Assembly (NCBI GenBank): GCA_048938005.1 | Contig: JBHLMQ010000004.1 | Span: 2,447-66,446, forward strand | DNA: 64,000 nt | Reading direction: 5' to 3' | Source: Promethearchaeota archaeon | Lineage (GTDB): Archaea > Asgardarchaeota > Lokiarchaeia > Sigyniarchaeales > SOKP01 | Shown: piece after piece, positions 1 to 9,656 of the stretch | How the letters are laid out: each line of letters opens with the position of its first letter | Position numbering within the stretch: position 1 is the stretch's first letter | Notes under the pieces: generated by a model | The model's database searches: none | What the model was told of the DNA's origin: nothing | Seen by the model: only the letters and a program-made list of their open reading frames with translations | Program-made: the position numbers and the translations under genes

Positions 1-150
1 TTAAATGTTACTTTAAATCAAGACGTTAAATATCGTGATTTTCTTCAGAAAATCCTTCTAAAAACCGCTACTCAAGGATTTTCTCCAACAAATTATGTTT
101 TTAAAAATTTAATTAAATATTATGAAAAAGTTAAGGAAGAGTTAAAGTAG
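1..150 (+). CDS. 3' end of an unidentified gene truncated by the window edge
   Basis: Open frame from base 1 (LNVTLNQDVKYRDFLQK...EKVKEELK) to TAG at 148-150. Confidence 0.6.
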   Translation, partial: LNVTLNQDVKYRDFLQKILLKTATQGFSPTNYVFKNLIKYYEKVKEELK

Positions 151-183
151 TTCCAATTGGACAATTCACACTTTATAGTATTA

Positions 184-1059
184 TTAAAAATCTTTTGTTT
201 TCTTTATCGGTATATCAAATTCTTCTAAAAGAGGTATGAGATGTTTTTTATTGGAGGAATTAGTTCCTTTCCAATCAATTATAAAATAATCAACATTTTC
301 AAGAGTGTTACTAATCATTTTCTTAATTAAGATTTCATCTAAATCCTGAATGTAATATTTTGGGCATATAAATGACATGGCAACATTTTTATTTCTAATT
401 AATCTATGAAAATTTGGCGCGTAATGTGTCCCACCAAAACCTAAGCCTATTTTTTGACTCCCTTCTTTTTTAAATTCTAAAAATTTGTAAATTGAGTTGA
501 TAATGGTATTTGTCAATAACTCTCCCGCTTCTTCAATTTTCCACTCTACTTCACTACTTCCTAATTCGATGAATATTAAAGGTTTTTCTAATTTTGTTGG
601 ACCGTGGTGTGTTACTTCTATATCGAGTGAAAAATCTGCTAATTGTGGTGATAATTTTTGTTCAATTAATGAAATAAATCCGGCCTTATGAAGTAAAGCA
701 CTTGATTTTGATAAATCTTGAGGATCGCCACCAAAATCCGTATCTTTACTCCAATTCCCAGTTGTATGAACTAAAAATGCAGGGCGAGCAGTTTTTGACG
801 TGTGACGGCTCGCAAAAATAAGTAAATCGGGATTTAATTTTGATTCCTCTAATTTTAAGTTATCTAAAAAAATTAATGGATCGTCTATTAAACCAAGAAA
901 TATTTCATTTTTGGGAATAAAACTTTTTAGCTTAAAAACCGGATGTTTATGCCAAGTAAAATTAACTTCTTCAAAATCAAAGGCAATAGAATTTAGAAAT
1001 CTATCACGCATGTTCATTGAAGCTATATCTTCGGCTGAATTTATTATTAGAAACTGGAT
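184..1059 (-). CDS. dtdA: Archaeal D-aminoacyl-tRNA deacylase (DTD2/GEK1 family); proposed ATC start at 1059
   Basis: Motifs IFASRH, HTTGNW, EVTHHGP, FIELGS, GFGGTHYAP. The frame extends upstream of the track ATG (1017) as IQFLIINSAEDIASMN, the family N-terminal strand. Confidence 0.9.
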   Translation of the reverse strand: MQFLIINSAEDIASMNMRDRFLNSIAFDFEEVNFTWHKHPVFKLKSFIPKNEIFLGLIDDPLIFLDNLKLEESKLNPDLLIFASRHTSKTARPAFLVHTTGNWSKDTDFGGDPQDLSKSSALLHKAGFISLIEQKLSPQLADFSLDIEVTHHGPTKLEKPLIFIELGSSEVEWKIEEAGELLTNTIINSIYKFLEFKKEGSQKIGLGFGGTHYAPNFHRLIRNKNVAMSFICPKYYIQDLDEILIKKMISNTLENVDYFIIDWKGTNSSNKKHLIPLLEEFDIPIKKTKDF

Positions 1060-1175
1060 TAAATTTCACCTTTGAAACTTTATCTTCTCTATATTTTAAA
1101 TTTTATATGAACATTAGATTTTTAATTAATTTATATCTAAAAACTTTAAAAATCTCAAAAATAATAACTATAGTA

Positions 1176-2138
1176 ATGACAGATGACTTAATAATAGTCC
1201 TAATTCTTGCCTTAGCTTTCGGGGTATTCTTGTTTATTGCAGATTACTTTGAGCATAAAATTATTCAACTACACGCTTCATTTATAGCTGGAATCTCTGT
1301 AGCTTATTTTTTCCTTGTAGTTCTTCCTGAAATAGCTAAACGACTTCCTGAGTTTCCATTTAATTTACAATTATTCGAATATCTCTTTGTATTAATTGGT
1401 TTTACATTTGTTCATATAACAGAAAAACTAATTCTACAAAAGGTTGAAGGAAAAACTCAGAAAAAAATGAGAAAACTACTCGAAAAGGAAAATATTCTAG
1501 AAAGTGTAGAGCGTAATATGGAAAAAATCCTAACAAGAGAAATAACACATCAAAATCTAAATGAAATTGCTCTAAGAGAAATAGCTAGAACACTATCTGA
1601 ATTAAATGATCAAGAAGAGAAAATGAAATTAGAGATAAATAAATATAAAATTAAGATTCAAAATAAAATAAATAAAGAGTTATCTAACTTCCGACTAATC
1701 ACAGATTATATTTACCACTTTCTTGTAGGTATTATTTTAATAGGATTATTATGGATTGAATTAGTAGGAGGTATTCTCTTTTTCGTATACGCATTTCTTA
1801 GAACCATTGTAACTAAAAGATCTGAAGCACATCTCATATTTACTGATTTAGAAATTTATGAAGAACAAAAATTTGAACGAAGAACAATTATTAAATATTT
1901 CTCAAGTGGGTCTGCTTTAACGGGAATAATAATTGGATTGATTATAAATATATTCTTCGGTGTTAATTTAGAATTCTTATTTATATTCTATTCCTTCATT
2001 TCTGGTGTGATTTTATATGTTCTAGTAAGGGAAGTTATCCCCGAAAAAGAGAAAGGAGATCCATTGAAATTTCTAATTGGCTTAGTGGGACTCGCTGTAA
2101 TAATAATTATTATTAATATTTTTATGAGTGTATTATAA
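1176..2138 (+). CDS. ZIP-like divalent metal transporter with a cytoplasmic coiled-coil insertion
   Basis: Multiple TM helices; SFIAG...VLPE and SFISGVILY...REVIPE resemble ZIP segments. Start moved to ATG 1176 (MTDDLIIVLIL). Confidence 0.6.
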   Translation: MTDDLIIVLILALAFGVFLFIADYFEHKIIQLHASFIAGISVAYFFLVVLPEIAKRLPEFPFNLQLFEYLFVLIGFTFVHITEKLILQKVEGKTQKKMRKLLEKENILESVERNMEKILTREITHQNLNEIALREIARTLSELNDQEEKMKLEINKYKIKIQNKINKELSNFRLITDYIYHFLVGIILIGLLWIELVGGILFFVYAFLRTIVTKRSEAHLIFTDLEIYEEQKFERRTIIKYFSSGSALTGIIIGLIINIFFGVNLEFLFIFYSFISGVILYVLVREVIPEKEKGDPLKFLIGLVGLAVIIIIINIFMSVL

Positions 2139-2295
2139 TGAATATTACACCTACTAATTCTCTCTACATCAAAAATCAAAGATTTATAAAACAAAATAAT
2201 TTGCATATATTTTCTTATTTAGATAAATTGTACCCTTTATAAAGATTTAAATTCATTAAAACTAAGTTTAAATTATCGTGAGGTTATGAAATAAA

Positions 2296-2862
2296 ATGGA
2301 TATGAAGAAAAAAAGTTTTAATGAAATCTTATCAATTGATGATGATGATAAAAAGATCATCGAAATGATTGAAAAAGATCCTGATATAACCCATAGCGAT
2401 ATTGCTAAAGAAATTGAAAAGTCACAACCTGCTGTAGGTGCTCGTATCATTAAATTAGAAAGAAAACATCTTTTAACTAAGCAAGTTGGATTCAATATCA
2501 AGAAAGTTGATATAAAAGTCGCTATTGTTTACATTTCTACAAAAGATGTTGATGATATTGTTTACAAGATTGAGAATTGCCCGTTTATTAATCATGCTTT
2601 TAAGATATCAGGAGAATTTAATGTACTCGCCTTTATTGCTGCTTCAGATTTACAAACAATTGAAAAACTAGTTGATTTATGCTTTAGAAGGGATAAAAAT
2701 GTAATCAATGTCAAGACAAATATCTTAATAGAAAGCATTCATGATTTTGTAGTTCCGATAGATTTTCAAATTGAGAATTTTGACGGAAGATATTGCGGTC
2801 CTGGATGTAATATGGCAGAAGATCTACCAAAATTTAAATTTAATCAAGATAATGAAGATTGA
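2296..2862 (+). CDS. Lrp/AsnC family regulator with C-terminal Cys motif
   Basis: HTH (DDDDKKII..ITHSDIAKEI.KSQPAVGARIIKLE), AsnC domain with CPF and SGEFN, tail CGPGC. Confidence 0.9.
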   Translation: MDMKKKSFNEILSIDDDDKKIIEMIEKDPDITHSDIAKEIEKSQPAVGARIIKLERKHLLTKQVGFNIKKVDIKVAIVYISTKDVDDIVYKIENCPFINHAFKISGEFNVLAFIAASDLQTIEKLVDLCFRRDKNVINVKTNILIESIHDFVVPIDFQIENFDGRYCGPGCNMAEDLPKFKFNQDNED

Positions 2863-2911
2863 TTAAATTATTTCCTTTTTAATTTTATAATTAATATTAT
2901 ACATTAATAGA

Positions 2912-3451
2912 TTATACCAAACCTTTTGCCTTGGCTATTCTGTATTTACATTTCTCTCCACAACCATCTTCCAATGTGGGATCATGCTCTTCAGAATCAA
3001 AATCAATCGGTAAAATGAAATCTTTTGCTATATCGATAACAATTTCCATAGAAACATTTTGAATATCCGGATTGTTTCGAAAGTGATAATTAATAATATT
3101 ATCAAGCTTTTGAAGTTTAGAACTTGCAAGTAATATACACACATTATGCTCCCCACTTAATCGAAATGCATTCAGCATAAAAGGACAATGCTTTGCCATG
3201 GCCATTATTTCGTCAGGATTTTTAGTTTTTAACTCGACAGTAGCTAAATGCAAATCTACTCTCTTAAAATTAATCCCTGGCTGAAACTGTAAAATCCCAT
3301 TTTTTTCCAGCTTTTTTATTCGCATACCAACAGTTGGTTGGGATCTATTTATTTTTGTAGCGATTTCTGTATGTGTAAGGTTTGGATCCTCCTGAACAAG
3401 AGCGATTATCTGCCTATCAATATCGTCAAGCTTTAATTTATCAGATATCAT
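2912..3451 (-). CDS. Lrp/AsnC family regulator with C-terminal Cys motif
   Basis: LDDIDRQII..LTHTEIA..RSQPTVGMRIKKLE; CPF; tail CGEKC. Confidence 0.9.
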   Translation of the reverse strand: MISDKLKLDDIDRQIIALVQEDPNLTHTEIATKINRSQPTVGMRIKKLEKNGILQFQPGINFKRVDLHLATVELKTKNPDEIMAMAKHCPFMLNAFRLSGEHNVCILLASSKLQKLDNIINYHFRNNPDIQNVSMEIVIDIAKDFILPIDFDSEEHDPTLEDGCGEKCKYRIAKAKGLV

Positions 3452-3598
3452 ATTTTTTTCTTCAAAATTATTTTTTCTCTTCTAATTATGTAATAATTTT
3501 TACAATTTATAAAATATTAGGGCTAATTTATAAAAAATCAGTTCTGATTATGTTCAGTTGTAAATACAAATAAATGAAATATTTTCATGATAACCTTA

Positions 3599-4267
3599 TT
3601 AAAAATTAGATAATGGAACCCTCCCATTATAATAGATTATCTTTCCATCAAAACTAATCTGAACGGCAACGATTTTAATACCCTTCTTTCTAGCTTCGCT
3701 TAAATTATTTGAAAATTTAGGATCCATATCCCAGTTCGGAGCAAAACTTTCTGCTCTCCGAACAACTAATAACAAAATAATACCATTATGGTTAATTATT
3801 TCTTTTACATGCCTCGCTCCACGTTCAGTGGGGGCATCAGGAAAAAGAGCTGTTCCCTCTTTAACCAATGAAACGCCTTTTACTTCCAATGGGACACCAT
3901 CAAGAAGAAAATCGATTCTACTATTTCCAATTTTTACTTCTTTTCTAATTTCTTTCACTTTGGAAAATTCTGGTAAATATTCAAATAATTTCAAAGCAAT
4001 TTTAGAATGTAAAGCTGTATCTATTAAAACCCATTCATTTCCAGCTTTGACCGCTTTGATATAATATTTTAATTTACCTTTCGAATGTGTAAATAAGATT
4101 TCAGCACCTTCAATAAGTAATTCTTTTAATCTACCAGGATCATGTATATGAGCAGTCTCATTTCGTTCCTTGTATTTGATTTCGCCAATAAATCTATTAG
4201 GCCTTGATATAAATGTACCTTTAATTAGATCAGGAATCTCAAAAAGGGGATTTTTAATAATGTTCAT
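3599..4267 (-). CDS. sfsA: SfsA-family DNA/RNA nuclease (sugar fermentation stimulation protein)
   Basis: RPNRF, AHIHDPGRLKELL, SRIDFLL, LEVKGV, FPDAPTERGARH, DPKF. Start moved to ATG 4267. Confidence 0.92.
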   Translation of the reverse strand: MNIIKNPLFEIPDLIKGTFISRPNRFIGEIKYKERNETAHIHDPGRLKELLIEGAEILFTHSKGKLKYYIKAVKAGNEWVLIDTALHSKIALKLFEYLPEFSKVKEIRKEVKIGNSRIDFLLDGVPLEVKGVSLVKEGTALFPDAPTERGARHVKEIINHNGIILLLVVRRAESFAPNWDMDPKFSNNLSEARKKGIKIVAVQISFDGKIIYYNGRVPLSNF

Positions 4268-4388
4268 GAATCCTATGCCTACCTTAATATAGCTTATATT
4301 TTGAGTAAATTTTAATACAAAATTAAGAGATTTTATTATAGAATATAACCTTAATAGATAAAAAGAGTTTTTTATTTGAATAATCATA

Positions 4389-4628
4389 ATGAGTAAGGCA
4401 GACGATCGAGCTACTATTGAAAGTTATAAATTTCATCATATAGACACCTCTAAATGTAAGCACTGCATCGAATTTTCTTGTGAAGAAGCATGCTTTAGAG
4501 GGATTTATGAGGTTAAAAATAAAGAATCTACTCCTAAATGTATAGTGGTGGAGGATCGTGAAGACAACTGCGTTAAATGCCATATTTGCACAACTGCATG
4601 TAAAGCTAAAGCAATAACTATAGATTAA
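4389..4628 (+). CDS. Small 2x[4Fe-4S]-type ferredoxin
   Basis: CKHC...C...C and CVKCHICTTAC Cys motifs. Confidence 0.85.
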   Translation: MSKADDRATIESYKFHHIDTSKCKHCIEFSCEEACFRGIYEVKNKESTPKCIVVEDREDNCVKCHICTTACKAKAITID

Positions 4629-4676
4629 AAAATCTTAGTGAAGAATAATAAAAAGAAAGTACAAGAGAAATGTGAA

Positions 4677-5186
4677 TTAATTTTCACATTTCCCGCAGCA
4701 ATTTTTTTCTAAATCAATCTCAGCATAATCGAAGTTTAAATTTATAGGCAAAACAAAATCATCTACAACATCTTCAATAATATCCATATGGACATTACAA
4801 ATTTCAGGATTACCTCGAAGATGATGATTCACTACATGATCGAGATCCTTTAATGATAAACCTGCGATTAAAATGCTGATATTTGTATCTCCGCTCAATC
4901 TAAATGCTGTGAGCATAAAGGGGCAGTTTTTTACAATATTAAAAATCTTTTTAGGATTTTTAGCTTGAATTTCGGCTCGTGCGAAATATAGATCGGCGAC
5001 TTTAATATTTATCCCTGCTTGATATTTTAAAACACCCAAATTTTCAAGTTTTTTAATCCGCATACCAACTGTAGGTTGGCTACGGTTAACATGTTCGGCA
5101 ATTTGAGTATGTGTGAGACTTGGTTCTTTTTGAATTAAATCCATGATTTTACAATCAATTTCATCAATTCCTATTTTTTCAGCCAT
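4677..5186 (-). CDS. Lrp/AsnC family regulator with C-terminal Cys motif
   Basis: IDEIDCKIM..LTHTQIA..RSQPTVGMRIKKLE; CPF; tail CCGKC; SD AGGTGA upstream of ATG 5186. Confidence 0.9.
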   Translation of the reverse strand: MAEKIGIDEIDCKIMDLIQKEPSLTHTQIAEHVNRSQPTVGMRIKKLENLGVLKYQAGINIKVADLYFARAEIQAKNPKKIFNIVKNCPFMLTAFRLSGDTNISILIAGLSLKDLDHVVNHHLRGNPEICNVHMDIIEDVVDDFVLPINLNFDYAEIDLEKNCCGKCEN

Positions 5187-5514
5187 CAATTGAATCACCT
5201 AATTTTGGATATATATGTAAGAAAATATATTCCACTTTCATATTTAAACTTTTTTATCATTTATATATTCATAATTATATAAAAAATCTAAAAAAAATTT
5301 CAATAAGCAATTACAAAATATAAAAAAGTATAGTAATATAATTTTTGTCCCTAAATACCCCAAATTAGATAAATTCAACATTAGCAAAATTCTTATTTAG
5401 TAGATATTTAATAAAACCTTTTATAAGTTATTAGCATAAATCTTTTTTAAATAGAAAAAAACATATTTCCTTAGATTGATTTTTAAATAATTGAAAATTG
5501 AGTATTCACCATAA

Positions 5515-6606
5515 ATGAGTCCAAAATTAGGCATAGAAGTTAGAGATAAAATTATTGAAGCTTTTACCGAATTTGAGGATAACCAAGTATATCCTGAAGT
5601 ATTAGGAATAATTTTAACTGTGATTGAGAGTAAATATGGTATTTTTGGTTATATAAATGAAAGTGGCGATTTGGTATGTCCTTCAATGACAAAGGATGTA
5701 TGGGAAGAATGTCAGGTTCCAGATAAAGATATTGTTTTTCCACATGAAGATTGGAATAAAAGTAATGCAATTTGGGCCAGAGCTATAATAGAAGGAAAAA
5801 CAATTTATTCCAATCAACCTTTGAATCCTCCCGAAGGTCATATTCCTATGAACAGAGCTATTGTTGTACCCATTATGCACCAAAAAAAAGTAATTGGAGT
5901 ATTAACAGTTGCTAATAAAACATCAGATTATTCTGAAGAAGATATTGCTGCATTAAAAACAATTGCCTCCTATATTTCCCCTATTTTATATGCGAGATTA
6001 GAAAGTAACAAACAATTAAAAGAATTAAAAAAGCTTAAAAAAAAGCAATTGAGAATAGATAAGGTTGATAAACAAATACTCCATCAATTATATTTAGATG
6101 GCAGACTTGGACCATCTCTTATGAAAGTGTTTAGATCGAATAAAAGTCTAATGAGTCATACCGGAATCCAAAATCGGATTAAAAGATTGATAGATTCTGA
6201 TATATTGAAAATCCAAGGAAATATAAATTTTAATTCTCTTGATATTAAGGTAGCTTATTTAAATGTCCGTCTGGAAAATTATGAAGATATTGAAAAATTT
6301 GTTAATAAATTAATTATATGTCCCAGAGTTTTTTTGATATCAAGAATTACAGGTCAATTTCATATTAAATTGGGAGTTATTGGCAAGAGTATGGATGATA
6401 TAAATTATTTTATTAATCATTGTCTTTTATCTGAAAGAGAACTGATTAACTCATCTGAAATTATATTTGCTTCAGATGTCTCTAAACCAGAGTTTTTACC
6501 TCTTAAATTGTTTGATATTGATAATCAAAATACTCCATGTGGTAAAAATTGTTTGCTATGTGACCCCTATATTGAAGAAAAATGTTTTGGATGTGACTTT
6601 TTATAA
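5515..6606 (+). CDS. GAF domain-Lrp/AsnC fusion regulator with Cys-rich tail
   Basis: GAF signature (AIVVPIM..KVIGVLTVANK..DYSEEDI..L), then IDKVDKQIL HTH, AsnC domain, tail PCGKNCLLC..Y...CFGC. Confidence 0.85.
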   Translation: MSPKLGIEVRDKIIEAFTEFEDNQVYPEVLGIILTVIESKYGIFGYINESGDLVCPSMTKDVWEECQVPDKDIVFPHEDWNKSNAIWARAIIEGKTIYSNQPLNPPEGHIPMNRAIVVPIMHQKKVIGVLTVANKTSDYSEEDIAALKTIASYISPILYARLESNKQLKELKKLKKKQLRIDKVDKQILHQLYLDGRLGPSLMKVFRSNKSLMSHTGIQNRIKRLIDSDILKIQGNINFNSLDIKVAYLNVRLENYEDIEKFVNKLIICPRVFLISRITGQFHIKLGVIGKSMDDINYFINHCLLSERELINSSEIIFASDVSKPEFLPLKLFDIDNQNTPCGKNCLLCDPYIEEKCFGCDFL

Positions 6607-6809
6607 TCATTAAATTTTATTGTATATCTTTTAAATTAAGAGGAATTATTGTAAGTTTATAATCTAAAAATAAAAATAGCGTTTGGTTTTAATTTTAAAT
6701 CCCATCTTCTTGATTTTATAATATTTAATATAAAGAACTTTTAAATCAGCTCTTTTGATCAAAGGTATTAAGAAACCAACCCATAATTTTTACTATTAAG
6801 GTGAAAAAT

Positions 6810-7124
6810 ATGTCTGAAGTAAAAGAAGCTGAAAAGTTATTGATGTCACCAGAGATATGTTCTTGGGCTGATGATGAAGATAATACATATAAAATTGAGA
6901 TACAGTTACCCGGAGTAGAGAAAGATACAATTAAGCTTAAAATGCATGACGATAGTTTTTTCATTAAAGGAGAAACCGAAGATACTATTTACATAGGTTC
7001 CTATGGTGTTTGTTGTCCAATAAAACCAGAAGAAGCAAAAGCAATTTATAAAAACGGACTTTTAAAAATTGAAGTCCCCTTCAAAGAGCCCAAGTTTCAT
7101 AGTATAGAGATAAATATCGAATAA
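6810..7124 (+). CDS. Small heat shock protein (Hsp20/alpha-crystallin domain)
   Basis: IQLPGVEKDTIKL, AKAIYKNGLLKIEVP, terminal IEINIE; SD AAGGTGA 5 nt before ATG. Confidence 0.88.
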   Translation: MSEVKEAEKLLMSPEICSWADDEDNTYKIEIQLPGVEKDTIKLKMHDDSFFIKGETEDTIYIGSYGVCCPIKPEEAKAIYKNGLLKIEVPFKEPKFHSIEINIE

Positions 7125-7169
7125 ATTAATTTTTTTTATTTTCCTTTTTAAATGATTTTTTAGGCAAGC

Positions 7170-8099
7170 TTAATACTCTATATTCATTTCCTTAACGTAA
7201 TCCAAAGCAGAATAAGCAGCAATAACTCCTTCAGAGACCCCAGTAATTGCTTGTTTAAAAGGGGCATCAGCTACATCTCCCGCAGCAAAAATTCCAGGAA
7301 CATTTGTTTCTGATTTGCGGTTAATTTTAATTTCACCCTTTTCATTAGTTTTAACTCCAATACTTTTTGCTAAATCAGAATTAGGTATTGATCCAATTTC
7401 AATAAACACACCATCAATTTCAAACTCTTTTCCATTATCGAAAATTACAGATTTTACTGTTCCGTCTCCTTTAATCTCTCTTATATTTGTTTTATAAATT
7501 ATCTCAATTTTTTCATTTTCATATACTCGTTTCTTATTAATTGGCTCTGCTCTAATTTCTTCTCCTCTATAAATAATATAAACCTTCTTAGTGTTTTGAG
7601 CTAGAAATAAGGCTTCTTTTGCGGCAGAATCACTTCCACCAATCACACAGACTTCTTTATCCTTATAAAACGGTCCATCACAAGTCGCACAATATGAAAC
7701 ACCTCTTCCAGCGAAATCCTCTTCACCAGGAATGCCTAATTTTTTCCTTTCTGAACCAGTTGCTAAGCAAATTGAATATGCTTTAAATTTTTGAAAGAAA
7801 GAATGGAGTTCAAAGTGATCATCAACTTTATCAATAGTCCTTATTTCATCTGATATGTATGGAATATTAAGTGAGTCCATATGGTCCCTAAACATATCCA
7901 TTAAACCTTGACCACTTATTGAGGTAATTGCTGGATAATTCTCAACAATATGAGTCGTAGCAATCAAACCACCAAAAGTTTTACCAACAACTAATACATC
8001 CATTGCAAATCTAGCTGCATAAATCGCACATCCTAGAGCTGCTGGTCCGCCTCCTAAAACAATAAGATCATATGTTTTTTCTAAATCTATATTTCCCAT
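7170..8099 (-). CDS. trxB: Thioredoxin-disulfide reductase
   Basis: GGGPAA FAD motif, GRGVSYCATCDG active site, ETNVPGIFAAGDV. Confidence 0.95.
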   Translation of the reverse strand: MGNIDLEKTYDLIVLGGGPAALGCAIYAARFAMDVLVVGKTFGGLIATTHIVENYPAITSISGQGLMDMFRDHMDSLNIPYISDEIRTIDKVDDHFELHSFFQKFKAYSICLATGSERKKLGIPGEEDFAGRGVSYCATCDGPFYKDKEVCVIGGSDSAAKEALFLAQNTKKVYIIYRGEEIRAEPINKKRVYENEKIEIIYKTNIREIKGDGTVKSVIFDNGKEFEIDGVFIEIGSIPNSDLAKSIGVKTNEKGEIKINRKSETNVPGIFAAGDVADAPFKQAITGVSEGVIAAYSALDYVKEMNIEY

Positions 8100-8100
8100 A

Positions 8101-8784
8101 TCAATATTGAACACGTATATTCCCTCCAATCAAAGCTCTTAATATTTCGTTGGGCCCAACCATTCCTACTAAGGTATTTTGATCGTTTATAATAGTGTAG
8201 GGAACCCCAGCAGCATCATAATATTGCCCAATATCGGGATTTGCTATAATATCAATTATCACAGTTCTAATTTTCCCCTCAGATGCAATTGCGAATGAGT
8301 TGCTAATTGCAATAACTTGAGGGCAATAAGGACAAGTTTCAGTCATCATTATCTTAATAGTTGATAGTGGTATCCTATTTAGATTTTGTTTTATTGTAGT
8401 TTCATAATAATTAGGCATTCCCGCAAACGTAAATATCGTTTGGATAAAAGGTTGAATTTCACCTCCTTTAGGAGCTGCTAAATATCTAATTATTTCTCTC
8501 CCATTGTTATCAATAAAAAGTATTGTTGGAACACGTGTAATATCGTATCTTTTAGCAAATTCTGGATTATCATCTATAGATAATTCTTCAATTGTTAACA
8601 TTCCATTTGAGTTTTCTTCATAAACTCTCAATAAAGCCATAAACTGGCCACAATCCATACAGGCTCTAATTTTCGTTCCATCAGGTTGTACTTTCTGGGA
8701 AGTAAAAACTTTCAATTTAACATGCTTTTTTAGTTTAGCCATTTCTCTTTTGATTATTTCCTTATATCTATCATCTTGAGACAT
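8101..8784 (-). CDS. Protein disulfide oxidoreductase (two thioredoxin folds, PDO/AhpF-N type)
   Basis: CMDC and CPYC motifs, RVP and GVP cis-Pro loops, P.GGEI linker. Confidence 0.85.
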   Translation of the reverse strand: MSQDDRYKEIIKREMAKLKKHVKLKVFTSQKVQPDGTKIRACMDCGQFMALLRVYEENSNGMLTIEELSIDDNPEFAKRYDITRVPTILFIDNNGREIIRYLAAPKGGEIQPFIQTIFTFAGMPNYYETTIKQNLNRIPLSTIKIMMTETCPYCPQVIAISNSFAIASEGKIRTVIIDIIANPDIGQYYDAAGVPYTIINDQNTLVGMVGPNEILRALIGGNIRVQY

Positions 8785-8807
8785 TTTCTAATATCACCTT
8801 ATATAAG

Positions 8808-9503
8808 TTATGCATACATGCCCCCAAAATCTCTGCCCTTCGAGCCAACTAATTTATCTAACAAATCTTGAGGTGTAAACATACCATGAATAATTTCTTT
8901 TTCATTTATGACTGTCATGGGAACTCCTTGAACTTGATATGTCATACCGATGTCTGGGTTTAAATTAACATCAATTATTTCAACTGAAATCTTTCCTTTA
9001 GAAACCAAAGCGAATAATGTTAAAACCGGAACTGTAGCAGGACAATATGGGCAAGTCGGTGTTATAAAAATTTTCATATTTGACTTTTCTATCTTTTTAA
9101 GATGTGTAAGGATTTGATCTGTATAATATGGTCTTACTCCTGAAAAGTATTGTATACTATTAAGAAAGGGTACAAATTCAGATCCCATTGGGTGTGCTAA
9201 ATACCGAATAATTTCTCTATCATTTTGATCAACAAATAATATAGCAGGGATCTTAGTAACATTAAATTTTTTTGCGAGTTCTTCGTTTTCTTCAGTAGAT
9301 ATTTCTTCAATCTTTAATTTCCCATTTGATAAATCTTCTAACATTTTTAATAACTCATATGTTGCTTCACAAGCCATACATTTTCTCAGTTTTGTTCCAT
9401 CTTCTTGAGTTTTAAAATCAGTAAAAAGTTTAAGTACAACTTTATCTTTTAATTTACTCATTTCTCTTTTAATGTTATTCATTTCATTTTCTGAAAATAA
9501 CAT
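8808..9503 (-). CDS. Protein disulfide oxidoreductase paralog
   Basis: CMAC and CPYC motifs, KIP and GVP loops, P.GSEF linker; SD GGGTGA before ATG 9503. Confidence 0.85.
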   Translation of the reverse strand: MLFSENEMNNIKREMSKLKDKVVLKLFTDFKTQEDGTKLRKCMACEATYELLKMLEDLSNGKLKIEEISTEENEELAKKFNVTKIPAILFVDQNDREIIRYLAHPMGSEFVPFLNSIQYFSGVRPYYTDQILTHLKKIEKSNMKIFITPTCPYCPATVPVLTLFALVSKGKISVEIIDVNLNPDIGMTYQVQGVPMTVINEKEIIHGMFTPQDLLDKLVGSKGRDFGGMYA

Positions 9504-9656
9504 AAAATCACCCATTATAGTTCAATCTACGATGAATATTTGCTTTCATACTTAAAAGAATTTTTCATTTATTTTATAAAAAAAACTTGTTCTGACTTGT
9601 TATTGAATAAAATGTAATAGAATTCCATTAATAATTCAAAAGATAAGTTTTAATGA

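Noticed and set aside
1017-1175. Track N-terminal extension of the ZIP-like ORF
   Set aside because: It overlaps the dtdA 5' end and AT-rich promoter DNA; ATG 1176 precedes the first TM helix.
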